Shown in pieces: positions 27,936 to 38,610 of a stretch of 64,000 nt of DNA. The translations under genes were made by a program, and so were the position numbers. Position 1 is the first letter of the stretch. Each line of letters begins with the position of its first letter. Below the pieces are notes generated by a model. The model did no database searches, was not told the DNA's origin, and worked only from the letters and a program-made list of their open reading frames with translations. This DNA is from a virus. Its lineage: Duplodnaviria > Caudoviricetes. The stretch lies in the IMG/VR virus record IMGVR_UViG_3300025000_000057. One strand, written 5' to 3'.

Positions 27936-29681
27936 CTATACATCTCCTGTCTGAACCCATATACAAAGATTTAACCAGATAGAAAGTTTCTCACTCCAGA
28001 CTTCTTCTGGTATAGATTTAAGTTGCCAGAAGGCCATGCCATATATACTAACATCGTTAGTATTATATTCTATCCAAGTATGACTATTATGATCATAAGC
28101 TAACCAGGTATTTCTATTGTCAAAACTTAATAAGATCTTAATATCGTATAACTGATTAGGGTCAATCTCTATATCTTCAATCGTAATAGTATCGCTTGTA
28201 TCAATTCGGTTATTATCATCAGTTATCGTAATTTGTTGACTATCAATACAATATAGTTTTTCAGTATCGATTTGCTCTTCAGGTATAGTCTCTTGTCTAT
28301 CGGATGATAGTATTTCTATTTCTATATCGACGGGCTTACTAGATTTTAAATCGCCCATTAAGAAGGTCAGCTTAATAATTTCGAAAGAACTAACGATAGT
28401 CTTAAACGTTAATGAATTTATAAACGAGGTATACGTAGGCAATCTTGATATAATAACCAAACCTGCATTATACCATATATTTGTATTAATAATAGGGTTA
28501 CGTAAATTACCAGCATACGAAGAACCGCCATATCCGCCCCTATTTATATCACCGGCCATACCACCGTAGTAGCCACCACCGCCACCACCGCCAATCTCTG
28601 GATGGTTTTGACCATTGCCTAATATTGTAGTTAAATGCAAAGTTTCTCCACCGGAACTACCGGCGCTTAAATTCCCACCGCCGCCACCGCCACCAGCAAC
28701 GATAATTCTATTTTCTAATTCTATACCGCCTCTTCTAATATCGGTAGCACCGCCACCACCTGCACCAGGCCCTAGCGGCCCGGCATTACCACCGCCATTC
28801 CATCCTCCACCTTCGCCAATAAAGCCCGTTCCATCCCCGCCGACAAATATATATAACTCTTGACCGGAATCTAATAACATTTGACCACGAACATGACTAC
28901 CAGAACCACCAGGGTAAGAATAAGCACCACCTACAGCACCGAAAAGATCTAATTGATAAATTCCTGTAGTTGGTACAATAAAGGTCTGATAATTACCAGA
29001 ACTATTAAATACCGCAGTTTCAACAGCTTCTTCTATACCCAGTAAGGCAAGTAAAGTTATAGCAACCTTACCATATCCAGTACGAATTCCAGGGGTAGTG
29101 ATACCGTTTAGAACTCCACCATAATAGGAGGAACCTCCTCCACCGGAACTACCTCAAGTATATCCACCTCCGCCACCGTACCATCCACCTCCGCCACCAG
29201 AACCATGACTTATTCCATTACTACCGTAACCAAAGCTACCATATGTTCCACTTACTCCTCCTGAACTACCTCCTTGTGTTTGTGTACCTCCACTGCCAGT
29301 AGTTCCACCAATACCAATTAATCCACCACCAGCGCCACCTTGAGCTGTATGAGAGTGTCCAGCTCCGCCGCCAGCAACCAGGATACGGTCATTAAGAGTT
29401 TGTCCTCCTCTTCGTATATCGGTACCACCACCGCCGCCGCCATAAGGACTAGCAAAACCGCCTCCATTCCAACCAGTAGAATTAGGAGCTCCTATTCCTC
29501 CAATATATATATAAAGAGTTTCAGTATCCCCTAAGTTTAAAATACCAGAGGCGTAACCACCGGGAGCTCCATTATTACCACCCTGAGCGCCCCATGTTTC
29601 AAGCTTATATATACCGGGAGGTAGTGTTACTTCTTGTTGACTACCGGTATAGTTAAAATTAAATACTTGTAAATCCACCAC
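27936..29681 (-). CDS. Glycine-rich tail fibre/adhesin (581 aa) with one in-frame UGA at codon 176 (29154-29156); two Gly-rich domains plus C-terminal repeat module
   Basis: Track ORFs 29154-29681 and 27936-28880 are in the same frame. The 91 codons between them have no stop and complete Gly-rich domain 1 (GSSGGGGSSYYGG...GYGKVAITLL) and begin domain 2 (FNSSGNYQTFIVPTTGIYQLDLFGAVGG). GTG start with GGAGG RBS; no RBS before 28880. Confidence 0.8.
29112..29150 (-). promoter_or_regulatory. SECIS-like/readthrough stem-loop downstream of the in-frame UGA (Gly-rich gene)
   Basis: Upper stem GGAGGA/UCCUCC with loop GGU (29127-29141); the loop begins 18 nt after the UGA. Possible lower stem AGUUCC/GGAGUU. 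Confidence 0.55.
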
Positions 29682-29689
29682 ACTACCTC

Positions 29690-32600
29690 CTATCCGTAAA
29701 TCCAGTTGTCACTAAAGGTTTTAAATCCTACACAAACATTTAACCAGTTAGTTAAAGCTTTATGCCAAGCATCTCGCGGTATGGATTTAAGTTGCCAGAA
29801 TGTCATTCCTGTATTGTGAATGTTATCTATACCCTTCTGTATCCAAGAACTAGTATCGTGGTCGTAAATGTACCAGGTTTCTCGATTATTAAAGCTTAAT
29901 AAGAATCTAATTTGTATACCATCGATCTCTTGATAATCGGCCACAATATCTTGAATAGCAACGGCTTGTCTTGTGTCAATTCTATTATAGTCATTTGTCA
30001 TAACTATAAATTCTGTATCTTCACGATTATCAATAATATTGAGCATTGCAAACTGTTCTTCTTTGTCATAATAGATAGTATCGCTCTTTACCTGTTCTTT
30101 AGGCAAATCTTGTATATATAAGATATCATCAACATCTGGTTCGGTATAACTCGATTTACTTATTAAGAAATTACAGACTATTTCCGATTTAAGTCCTGTA
30201 AAGCTCTTTGGAATATCAATAGTGAACAGTTTATCTAAATCTCCAGATTCCAATATTCCTGTGATATAATGACTTGAGTTATTAGTAAGAAGTCCTGTGA
30301 TTATACTTATAGCATTTCCATCAAAGTTCTTTAAGGTACGAAAAGGTATTAATACAGGAGAATCTTTCTCTTCTAAAACCTCGTGAATAGGAATATCTAA
30401 TTTAAACCCCGTTAACATGGGTATCTGGTAGACATCGAATTTATTAACAATTGTTCTGAAAGTGAATCCATTAACAGTATACATTGTCGTATTTAATAAG
30501 GTTATTCTAGCCTTACCATTCCCGGCTTGAACTCCAATCTGCATAGTACCGTCCGATACTCCGTCTGTATAACTAGAACCACCGCCGCCATTTGCTGAAT
30601 ATCCAGAACCATGTGGCGAATCGTTACCACCGGCCGCGCCGCCATAATAACCGCCACCGCCACCGCCTGAACCAGAGCAACAACCAGTATCTCCTGCGCC
30701 GCCTTGATATAGCGTCCCATTCCCACCTTTTACATACGTTCCGGCTCCTACACCTCCTTGTGTTTGAGAACCTCCTCCACCACCCCAAGACCATTGATAA
30801 CCAGCACCCGTTCGTGCTGGATTGGTAGTTAATTGACCAGCGCCCGATTGTGCTTGTATTTCGCCGCCAGCGCCGTAACGAGAATTTCCATACTCGCCAC
30901 CGCCACCGCCACCGCCAGCAATAATAATTCTATTAGAAAGAGAAGTATCGCCAACTCTTATATCAGTAGCGCCACCACCGCCACCACCATAACGAACACT
31001 ACTACTGGTATCGGTACCTCCATTACCTCCACCATTCCAACCTCCTGCTTTAGCACGACCCGGATATCCACCAATACAGATGTATAAAATATCACCCTGG
31101 GTTAAAGTAATCGTACCTTTAGTATAACCTCCGAGACCACCGGTTATTGAACTTCCTCCCGGCAATCCACCTTCAGCACCCCATACTTCTAATCGGTAAT
31201 CGCCTGTAAAAGGTGCTATCCATGTTATGTAATTGCCGGTATAAGTGAAATCGTATATTGTTTCATTACTATCGCTAGGATAGGCTATTAATCTAATAGC
31301 CATGTCTAACCATTCTGACAACTTTGTACTCCAAGTTTCTTCAGGAATAGAACTAACTTGCCAAAATGTCATTCCTTTCTCCTGAATATCATCTAAACTT
31401 ACAATAACCCATTGGTTGGTACTATAATCATAAGAATACCAAGTATTTCTATTGTCAAAGCTAAATAAGAATCTTTCATTTCCATTACTGTAATAGTCCT
31501 TATTTATGTCTTTAATTGTTACTATATTAGATGTATCTATCCTTGTATAATCATCTGTAGTAACGGTTATATTAATCGGTCGATCGCTACATATAGAAGT
31601 AAATATAGAAGGTGTTTTATCCAATATTTGAATCGACTTTAATGTTTCAATGTCAACAGTCTCACATATCAAATCTAAAGGTTTAGTACTGTAGTAAGAC
31701 GGTATATGAAGACCTTTTAAATACTCTAAAACATTACCAGAAAGTTTAGGTATAACGGGATCGATACTAATTAGATCATTAATAATTAAAAAGTCTATCT
31801 TATCTTCCTCGTTATTATGACTACTTTTATAAACTCCTACTAAATGACTCGCAATTAAAGCTCCAGCTCGCGATAAGATAGGAATATTTATACTATTATC
31901 CATTCTTTCTTTAATACCATTAATTCTACAGGTATTGCTTATAGTACCAGCTATTGTATCTATAGCAGCTCCGCTAGATACTATTGTTGGTATATTCTCT
32001 ACTTCATCAGAAGGATGAGTAAAGGTAACTTCTGATACGTTATTTATATAACATGCTATAGTTGTCCTAGTAATTACGCCTAGTAAGTTTCCGACGTATT
32101 CTATTAAAAGTTTACTTACAGATGGTGTAATACTTATATCTATGGTAGCAAGAGCAACTGCTATATTTAAATTTCCATGTACGCCCGGTTGAAAATAGTT
32201 CCAATCTACAGTATTTAGTTCGTCTGCTGTCATACCTACTCTATCTATATCGTCAAGTGACGCTTCTTGCCATACGGTATTATAAGTTAGCCAGCTACCT
32301 TTATTATCAAAGCTTACCAAGTATCTTAACAAAGTACCCTCGGGTTCTATTTGTACAGCCATTATATTAAGGATCTTTTTAACTTCGCTACAATCTATCT
32401 GATTATCTCCGGTAGTAATGTGATAAGGGATTATAGGATAAGAGAATAATACAAATCCAGCCTGATAGTTGATTTGTTTCTCTTCTTGACTAAGTACTCT
32501 ATTATATATTCTGGCCATAATAACACAACCATCAAAGGCTCCATAAGGGCCTGCGCCCATAATAATTGGTGACCATACTCGTGTCATATTAGACTTAAGT

Positions 32601-33274
32601 CCAATACGTACCAATACTCCATTAATATAAATAAACGGTTGCCTATCTATATACTCTACAATGACATGGGTTATTCCCGTAACCTCACCGCTATAAACGG
32701 CCACTGCGGGAAAATGAGCATCTCCGTATTCGTAAACACTAACTCCGTTAGAACCTATAGATACCCCTGCACCAACTCTAGTATCTATATATTTAGAAGG
32801 ATAAAACAAATACTTTTGACCATCTAATCCTGGAGAAGAACCTGTATTTATCTCATTATCAATCTGGTGTAATTGATCGGTCTGAACCCACGCTTCCAGG
32901 GTAAAGGTATCATAAACAGGATTATAGCTAAGAGTGCATTTACTATTTATACCGTTAAATAAAAGAGCATAGGGATTTGCATTAGTTCCATCCCCTATCC
33001 AGCCGTCCGAAATAAAGTTAAAGTCAGAAAGCTCGGTCAACTTCCAATCTCCGCTTGCAGCGAGATTAATCCATGTAGATAATGGATTAGAGCCATGTTT
33101 GTCATCCTCTGTAGCTCGGGCAGCAATCAAATCGATTAATAGCCCGTCCTTTACATACTCATGTACTGTTTTATGTAAAGTGACGGCATCAACTAGAAAA
33201 TCGATGCCGTCAATATTTGGGATGACAAATGACTCTTTATCATAGATATTAAATTGCAAAGAGTCCTTTGCCAT
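29690..33274 (-). CDS. Tail fibre/adhesin (1194 aa): LamG/concanavalin-like domain, glycine-rich domain and repeated fibre modules
   Basis: FTLEAWV...THVIVEY...FIYINGVL...FDGCVIMARIYNRVLSQEEKQINY (LamG-like); YRLEVWGAEGG...GGGGGATDIR...IIIAGGGGG (Gly-rich). Confidence 0.75.
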   Translation of the reverse strand: MAKDSLQFNIYDKESFVIPNIDGIDFLVDAVTLHKTVHEYVKDGLLIDLIAARATEDDKHGSNPLSTWINLAASGDWKLTELSDFNFISDGWIGDGTNANPYALLFNGINSKCTLSYNPVYDTFTLEAWVQTDQLHQIDNEINTGSSPGLDGQKYLFYPSKYIDTRVGAGVSIGSNGVSVYEYGDAHFPAVAVYSGEVTGITHVIVEYIDRQPFIYINGVLVRIGLKSNMTRVWSPIIMGAGPYGAFDGCVIMARIYNRVLSQEEKQINYQAGFVLFSYPIIPYHITTGDNQIDCSEVKKILNIMAVQIEPEGTLLRYLVSFDNKGSWLTYNTVWQEASLDDIDRVGMTADELNTVDWNYFQPGVHGNLNIAVALATIDISITPSVSKLLIEYVGNLLGVITRTTIACYINNVSEVTFTHPSDEVENIPTIVSSGAAIDTIAGTISNTCRINGIKERMDNSINIPILSRAGALIASHLVGVYKSSHNNEEDKIDFLIINDLISIDPVIPKLSGNVLEYLKGLHIPSYYSTKPLDLICETVDIETLKSIQILDKTPSIFTSICSDRPINITVTTDDYTRIDTSNIVTIKDINKDYYSNGNERFLFSFDNRNTWYSYDYSTNQWVIVSLDDIQEKGMTFWQVSSIPEETWSTKLSEWLDMAIRLIAYPSDSNETIYDFTYTGNYITWIAPFTGDYRLEVWGAEGGLPGGSSITGGLGGYTKGTITLTQGDILYICIGGYPGRAKAGGWNGGGNGGTDTSSSVRYGGGGGGATDIRVGDTSLSNRIIIAGGGGGGGEYGNSRYGAGGEIQAQSGAGQLTTNPARTGAGYQWSWGGGGGSQTQGGVGAGTYVKGGNGTLYQGGAGDTGCCSGSGGGGGGYYGGAAGGNDSPHGSGYSANGGGGSSYTDGVSDGTMQIGVQAGNGKARITLLNTTMYTVNGFTFRTIVNKFDVYQIPMLTGFKLDIPIHEVLEEKDSPVLIPFRTLKNFDGNAISIITGLLTNNSSHYITGILESGDLDKLFTIDIPKSFTGLKSEIVCNFLISKSSYTEPDVDDILYIQDLPKEQVKSDTIYYDKEEQFAMLNIIDNREDTEFIVMTNDYNRIDTRQAVAIQDIVADYQEIDGIQIRFLLSFNNRETWYIYDHDTSSWIQKGIDNIHNTGMTFWQLKSIPRDAWHKALTNWLNVCVGFKTFSDNWIYG
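33181..33212 (-). repeat. 10-13 bp hairpin near the 5' end of a CDS
   Basis: UGACGGCAUC-GAUUUUCUAGUU-GAUGCCGUCA (extendable by G-U and A-U pairs); nt 63-94 of gene 29690-33274. Confidence 0.85.
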
Positions 33275-33286
33275 GTGATCACCAAC

Positions 33287-36200
33287 TTATCCGCGATTAT
33301 ATACAGCAACTGCTCTAGTTCCTGCTAAACTACTATATCCGATCGAACCTGCTGTATGAATATCATACACCTGACTACCTACGGTAATGGTATCATCCTG
33401 GATTACACCCGACAACGGAATCGCATAAACATGATCAATCTCTCCACGAATACCATCACTAATACTACCAACCTCGATAGGAGCCATATAATACAACCCG
33501 CCGCCGCCAGGGTTAGATGGCGGCAAAGCTGAATAGAAATCGTAAGCAGGCCCATTAACAGTATTAGCTTTATCTTTAAGTGGATAGATTTTAGAATTTC
33601 CTTCAATATTTGTCGAAGCTAATACGACAGCTGTATTATTAGGTTCAACTCCAAATAGCTTAAGCCGTCCTACATAATGCAATGCATTGACAGCACCAGC
33701 TATAGCTACTTCTGCTATTATAGATAAGACAATATGATCATCGAATGTATAGAGCTTATAGTTAAATGGTGAAGTCTTTACGATTACAGCCGAGGCAAAG
33801 AATACAGATTTACTTTGATCGTTAGTAAAAGTACCGGCCAATCCGGTAAGATATCCGAGTTTAATTGTGGTATTAAATGGGCCAATTGTCTTACGTGTTA
33901 CTAAGATTGAATCGATATTACTAACATTTATAGTTACATCGTAAGTATTGGTTACCTCGGCTTCAGCTGTAAGTTTGTTCTTTATAGCAGTGGCTACTTG
34001 TGATACAGTTTGTCCACTCGTAACCGACACCTGAATCTCCTTATTAATAATGCCATTGCTAACAAAGATTTGTAATAGCCCGGTTGTCGTACAATTGGAA
34101 AGCACTTTGATAGTATTTTCTTCTTTAGAACCACTACCTCCTTGAGCTAATACACTAATGGTCAAAACGGTACCTGTATCGTTAGCGTCGAAAGTAGGAT
34201 CTGGATTGTCAACCATTAGTGTAGATGAAATAGTTACGACATTATCCACTACAGTAGCATTCCAATTATCTAAAGCATCGGCAACGGTACGAATCCTATT
34301 AACTATAGATGTGAAACTATCAGCTCCATTTAAAGTCGCGATTAAGGTTTTATTTAAGATACCATCACTTAAATTAATACTAATAGTACCATCGTTTATC
34401 GCACCTGTTAAGACTGTTAGTGTATTTACTTCAGCGACGCCTGTTACACCGACTACAGACTGAGTTATAGAACAATTTACTTCGATAGCTACTACACCTA
34501 ATGTAACAACAGTATCAACAGCGCCGGTAGCGTCTCGTGAGATTATTACGTTATTATTTGTACTGGTTATTGTATAACTAGAACCAATTTGACCATCGTT
34601 TTCTAACAAAATAGCAATCTTAACAGCCAAGGTATCTATCGTATCTGTAGATAGAATATCAAAGTTAACTGACTTATTAATTATTCCATCATTAAAGTTA
34701 ATTACACCGGTTTGTGAGATATTAGATACGTTTGTAATCGTAAGTGTATTAATCTCTTTTACGCCGGTAATACCCTGTTGAGTTATATTAATAGTAACTG
34801 TAGTGCCAGTATCATTAGGGTTAAAAGTAGCATCTACTTGACTCTCTGCGGAAGCGGCGGCAATGGTTACGACATTATCGTTAACGATAGCGACATAATC
34901 TGCTAAAGCATCTACTGCAAATTGTATAGCTGAGGCCACTTCTTGAAGACTATCAGCTGTTACTACGTTTACGTCAATAGTCTTATTAATTACACCATCA
35001 CCAAAGAATACATTTATCGTACCATTAGCAGTACAAGCGGAGTTAACAGTAATTGTATTAACCTCTTGTATTGAAACATCCCCGGGAGTTGTTTCAACGA
35101 AGGTGGCACCAATGCCGGTATTATTTCCAGCAACAGCTATGGTTAAATCTACAGCGCCTACATCATTCTTAGTAATAATAACCTGATTACCAGAGCCGGA
35201 AATTGTATACGAGACGGAAACATCCGTGTCAGTGGCTAGTACATTTCTAATCTTGGCCGCGACTTCTTCCGTAGTATTGTCACCATTACTTACAGTTACA
35301 TTTACCGGAGTATTATTTAAGATTAAGCTAACATTCCCACTGGTAATAGGAGAACCTGTTACCGTTAAGTCAAATACTTCAGCTACAGATGTAACACCTA
35401 TTTGAGTTTCTGCAATTGTCTTGACAACTCCGTTAGGAACTTCGGTAATGGTAATAGTAATACTTTTAGGGCCACCAGTTTTAGAAGCTATGGTTATTAT
35501 ATTAGTATCTATCACATTAGTTATTGTATATGCTGTATTAATATCGTTATCGCTAGTTAAAGCTGTCTTAATTTTACCAGCAACTTGAGCAGCTGTATCG
35601 TTACCGACTACTGGAAACTTAATACCGGGCTTAATAATAGTACCGTCATCAAAGTTAATATTAAGCGTACCAGAAACAGTAGCACCACTATTTACAATAA
35701 TAGTGCGTTCTTCATTAACCGGTGTAATACCAGGTATCGTTTCTATATCACTTGCGGTAACACCGGTAATGGTATCAGTTATACTCATATTAAAGTCAAT
35801 AGCCCTTGAATCTTTGGCTGTAATTATAACTTTACCATTAACGTCTACAATTACATCGTAAGCCATAGCTATTGCCGAGTCGCTCAGTAACGTATCGCGA
35901 ATTTTCTCAGCTACCACCCTAACACTACCGCTATATACCGGAATGATAACAGGAGTAGTTCCTATGGTTAAGGTAGTATTACCATCATAGGTGGGTAAAT
36001 CAGCTACACTAATCTCAAAGGATTCCATATTAGGATCTAAGCCTGGTGTAGTTCTGTCGATAGATAATCCTACGCCCGTGGTACCAGGCTGATAGTTTTC
36101 AGCAGGGCCTAATGTAAAACGGTCGCTATTTGCAATGACCGGAGTTATACGTATAAAGAGAGGGCCGGTGGGAAGTTGCTTCTTCATAACACCGTCTTCA

Positions 36201-36298
36201 GGACGAGACATTACACTCTCCCAGCCTTCGGCTTCAAGCTGTTTCCATACGTTCGATGCTAAATCTTTAATTTGACATCTTGTTGCATAAATAGTCAT
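33287..36298 (-). CDS. Tail-associated protein (1003 aa) with about 7 tandem 100-110 aa beta-rich repeats; paralog of 36317-37324
   Basis: Repeats start (E/K)E.NT.TV...G.I.I...DG..NK and contain D(T/S)...VA..I. The motif LGPAENYQPGTTGV matches LGGAQNYVPGTTGV of the neighbouring gene. Confidence 0.65.
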   Translation of the reverse strand: MTIYATRCQIKDLASNVWKQLEAEGWESVMSRPEDGVMKKQLPTGPLFIRITPVIANSDRFTLGPAENYQPGTTGVGLSIDRTTPGLDPNMESFEISVADLPTYDGNTTLTIGTTPVIIPVYSGSVRVVAEKIRDTLLSDSAIAMAYDVIVDVNGKVIITAKDSRAIDFNMSITDTITGVTASDIETIPGITPVNEERTIIVNSGATVSGTLNINFDDGTIIKPGIKFPVVGNDTAAQVAGKIKTALTSDNDINTAYTITNVIDTNIITIASKTGGPKSITITITEVPNGVVKTIAETQIGVTSVAEVFDLTVTGSPITSGNVSLILNNTPVNVTVSNGDNTTEEVAAKIRNVLATDTDVSVSYTISGSGNQVIITKNDVGAVDLTIAVAGNNTGIGATFVETTPGDVSIQEVNTITVNSACTANGTINVFFGDGVINKTIDVNVVTADSLQEVASAIQFAVDALADYVAIVNDNVVTIAAASAESQVDATFNPNDTGTTVTINITQQGITGVKEINTLTITNVSNISQTGVINFNDGIINKSVNFDILSTDTIDTLAVKIAILLENDGQIGSSYTITSTNNNVIISRDATGAVDTVVTLGVVAIEVNCSITQSVVGVTGVAEVNTLTVLTGAINDGTISINLSDGILNKTLIATLNGADSFTSIVNRIRTVADALDNWNATVVDNVVTISSTLMVDNPDPTFDANDTGTVLTISVLAQGGSGSKEENTIKVLSNCTTTGLLQIFVSNGIINKEIQVSVTSGQTVSQVATAIKNKLTAEAEVTNTYDVTINVSNIDSILVTRKTIGPFNTTIKLGYLTGLAGTFTNDQSKSVFFASAVIVKTSPFNYKLYTFDDHIVLSIIAEVAIAGAVNALHYVGRLKLFGVEPNNTAVVLASTNIEGNSKIYPLKDKANTVNGPAYDFYSALPPSNPGGGGLYYMAPIEVGSISDGIRGEIDHVYAIPLSGVIQDDTITVGSQVYDIHTAGSIGYSSLAGTRAVAVYNRG

Positions 36299-36316
36299 TT
36301 TTTTAATGAAACCTCC

Positions 36317-37324
36317 TTAAGGAGTATATTTAATCACAATAGCATAATCTTTCTCAGTTATATTAATAGTTTTTCTAGCTCTAAACCCGTCTAAGGGGGT
36401 ACCTACGCCAGACTGTGGAGTATAGATTGAGGCTACTGGATAAGGAAATACTACAAGGTATTTATTCTCACCCGTATCTACCGTGGCAGCGAAACCTGTT
36501 GTACCAAGAATTCGGATATTACTTCTATCGAATCTTGAAGTATAGATATTTGTTAAGACACCAAGCGGTACTGTATTCATGGTATTAACACCATCATGGT
36601 AATAAGCGGGAACAGATCTTAAGAATAACTTTCTTGTATATCCGATGTCCATATATGGATCGTAAGAACCTTGACACCAATAATAATCTTGATTGACGTA
36701 ATTATAAGGGCCCGATACGGCAGTTAAAGCCCTATCAAAAGTAGGACTTTGCGTAGTACTCTGACAGATGATAGGCATGCCATCCGGATGGTCTTCGAGA
36801 GGATCGACAGTTCCGAAGAAACCAACCGCTCTTGCATTAGAGTCTCCGTTAATTTCAATAGCCAATACGATGGATGTTGGTTCTACGATTAAGTGCCAGT
36901 TCACATTACCTATACCAAAATTAGTCGGTAATACACCCGCTCTTAAGAATAGAGATTGTTCAATCAAATTTTCGAACGTACCAGCTACTCCGGTAGTTCC
37001 TGGTACATAATTCTGAGCCCCGCCTAATGTAAGACCAGAATTAGAATTGATAGTATTTTGAGCATAACCACTAATACTAGCGGTGCTATTAAACGCACTA
37101 GTCGTAGCAAGAGCTCCGATTACACAGAAAAGGTTTCTACTGTCTGGACTATTTACCTTAGCCCTAGATTTAAATACTTGTTTATAGAGATTTGTAGCAA
37201 CTGGCGAATCTGACGTAATATTATCCCAATAGGGATCTGTTTTACCTTGTGGAATACTAACTACAGCAGCAGCGATATCAGCTAGTAAACCATCTGGGTA
37301 AAGACTTGTACCAGTAAAATACAT
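36317..37324 (-). CDS. Tail-associated structural protein (335 aa)
   Basis: ORF with GGAGG RBS. Paralogous motifs with the 1003-aa protein. Confidence 0.55.
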   Translation of the reverse strand: MYFTGTSLYPDGLLADIAAAVVSIPQGKTDPYWDNITSDSPVATNLYKQVFKSRAKVNSPDSRNLFCVIGALATTSAFNSTASISGYAQNTINSNSGLTLGGAQNYVPGTTGVAGTFENLIEQSLFLRAGVLPTNFGIGNVNWHLIVEPTSIVLAIEINGDSNARAVGFFGTVDPLEDHPDGMPIICQSTTQSPTFDRALTAVSGPYNYVNQDYYWCQGSYDPYMDIGYTRKLFLRSVPAYYHDGVNTMNTVPLGVLTNIYTSRFDRSNIRILGTTGFAATVDTGENKYLVVFPYPVASIYTPQSGVGTPLDGFRARKTINITEKDYAIVIKYTP

Positions 37325-37368
37325 AACTCCAACCTCCCACTTTAAAGTAATTCTTGACCAATACTATA

Positions 37369-38610
37369 TTAACCCCTATCGCCGGTCTGATCGAACTTAA
37401 CGGTTATCATCAAATCTTTACCACCTGGAGTAATCAAACCCGTTTCATCTATATCAATAGAGAATATATCTCCCTCGTAGAAATCCACGTTAATAGATTC
37501 GACCACAACGCTATTTTGTCCATCGGAAATGCGTGGTCTTGTACTTTGATCTGTAAAAATACTAATATCATTCTTATTAATATCTAGTACTAAATCAGAG
37601 CCAATGGGTGCATTATTAGCACGTATCATAACCTTAGACATTACAAAATGTTCTGGAATAATAACCTGAATTAAGCCTATTGTGTGTGGAAATAATATAT
37701 CCTTAATGCAGATAATAGCAGATCGTTTGTTACCGATATTTGTAGTTATATCAAATTCGGTATCTAAACGTTCCTTTAAAGTTGGATACTCTCCCCTAGC
37801 TTCGATTACTTCTTCTTTAACTCCATCCTTATCTAAGATACGACGCAAGTCTTTAGTTATTAGTTGATCTAGCGTCTCACCTATAACAAGGGTACCAAGT
37901 ATCATTTTAGAGCGAGATTCTGATAATATCGTATCATAAACGATAGTACCATGTTGGTCTAAGAAGAAATAATATGTAGTATTTAAGTTAGGGTTTAATA
38001 ATGTAAATACCTGATCTTCTTTTTCAATTAGCTGTTCAAGTATATAAGAACGACCACCGTAAATAGGAACTTTAACATTCACGCCATCTACTTCGGGTTT
38101 ACCAAGGGTAAGCTCAAGATATTTCTTACTGTCAATATAGTTTTTAAGATTATCATAAGAACCTCGGGCTTTTACTACTTCTTCGTAAATACCATCTTTT
38201 CTTAAGATATGACGCAAGTCTTTAGTTATTAGTTGATCTACTTGAGTACCTGTAGAAACCGAACCGATAATCATGTCGGTCTCTAATTCCTCTGGAGTAT
38301 TCCTATAAATGATAGTACCATTTGTATTAATAAAGAAATAATAAGTAGTTTCAGGCATAGCTCCTGGAATATAAATATTAATCATATCTGAATACTGAAC
38401 AACGTAACCCATGATAAATGCAGTACCTTGATTTATAGGGACATAAATAGCACTACCAGTCCAAACAGCTTCGTTTAATCTAAAATCGGTATAACCTCTG
38501 GTATCGATATATTTCTTAAGCCTATCGTAAGAACCTCGAGCCTCTGATATTTCATTTTCTATGGCAGTTACTCTACCACTATTTAGCTGATGATCTTTTA
38601 GCTTTCTCAT
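37369..38610 (-). CDS. Tail fibre-attachment-like protein (413 aa) with an internal tandem repeat
   Basis: Three ARG(S/E)Y..LK..(I/L)D motifs and two TYYFF...GTI.Y...MI.G......DQLITKDLR.IL.KDG units. C-terminal APIGSDLVLDINKN...DIDETG...GGKDLMITV. Confidence 0.6.
   Translation of the reverse strand: MRKLKDHQLNSGRVTAIENEISEARGSYDRLKKYIDTRGYTDFRLNEAVWTGSAIYVPINQGTAFIMGYVVQYSDMINIYIPGAMPETTYYFFINTNGTIIYRNTPEELETDMIIGSVSTGTQVDQLITKDLRHILRKDGIYEEVVKARGSYDNLKNYIDSKKYLELTLGKPEVDGVNVKVPIYGGRSYILEQLIEKEDQVFTLLNPNLNTTYYFFLDQHGTIVYDTILSESRSKMILGTLVIGETLDQLITKDLRRILDKDGVKEEVIEARGEYPTLKERLDTEFDITTNIGNKRSAIICIKDILFPHTIGLIQVIIPEHFVMSKVMIRANNAPIGSDLVLDINKNDISIFTDQSTRPRISDGQNSVVVESINVDFYEGDIFSIDIDETGLITPGGKDLMITVKFDQTGDRG
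37842..38240. repeat. Exact 30-nt direct repeat (37842-37871 and 38211-38240)
   Basis: GACGCAAGTCTTTAGTTATTAGTTGATCTA occurs twice, extending to 38 nt with one mismatch. Confidence 0.9.

Noticed and set aside
27936-33274. DGR template/variable repeat pair among the fibre modules
   Set aside because: Copies differ at all four bases rather than only at adenines, and there is no reverse transcriptase in the window.
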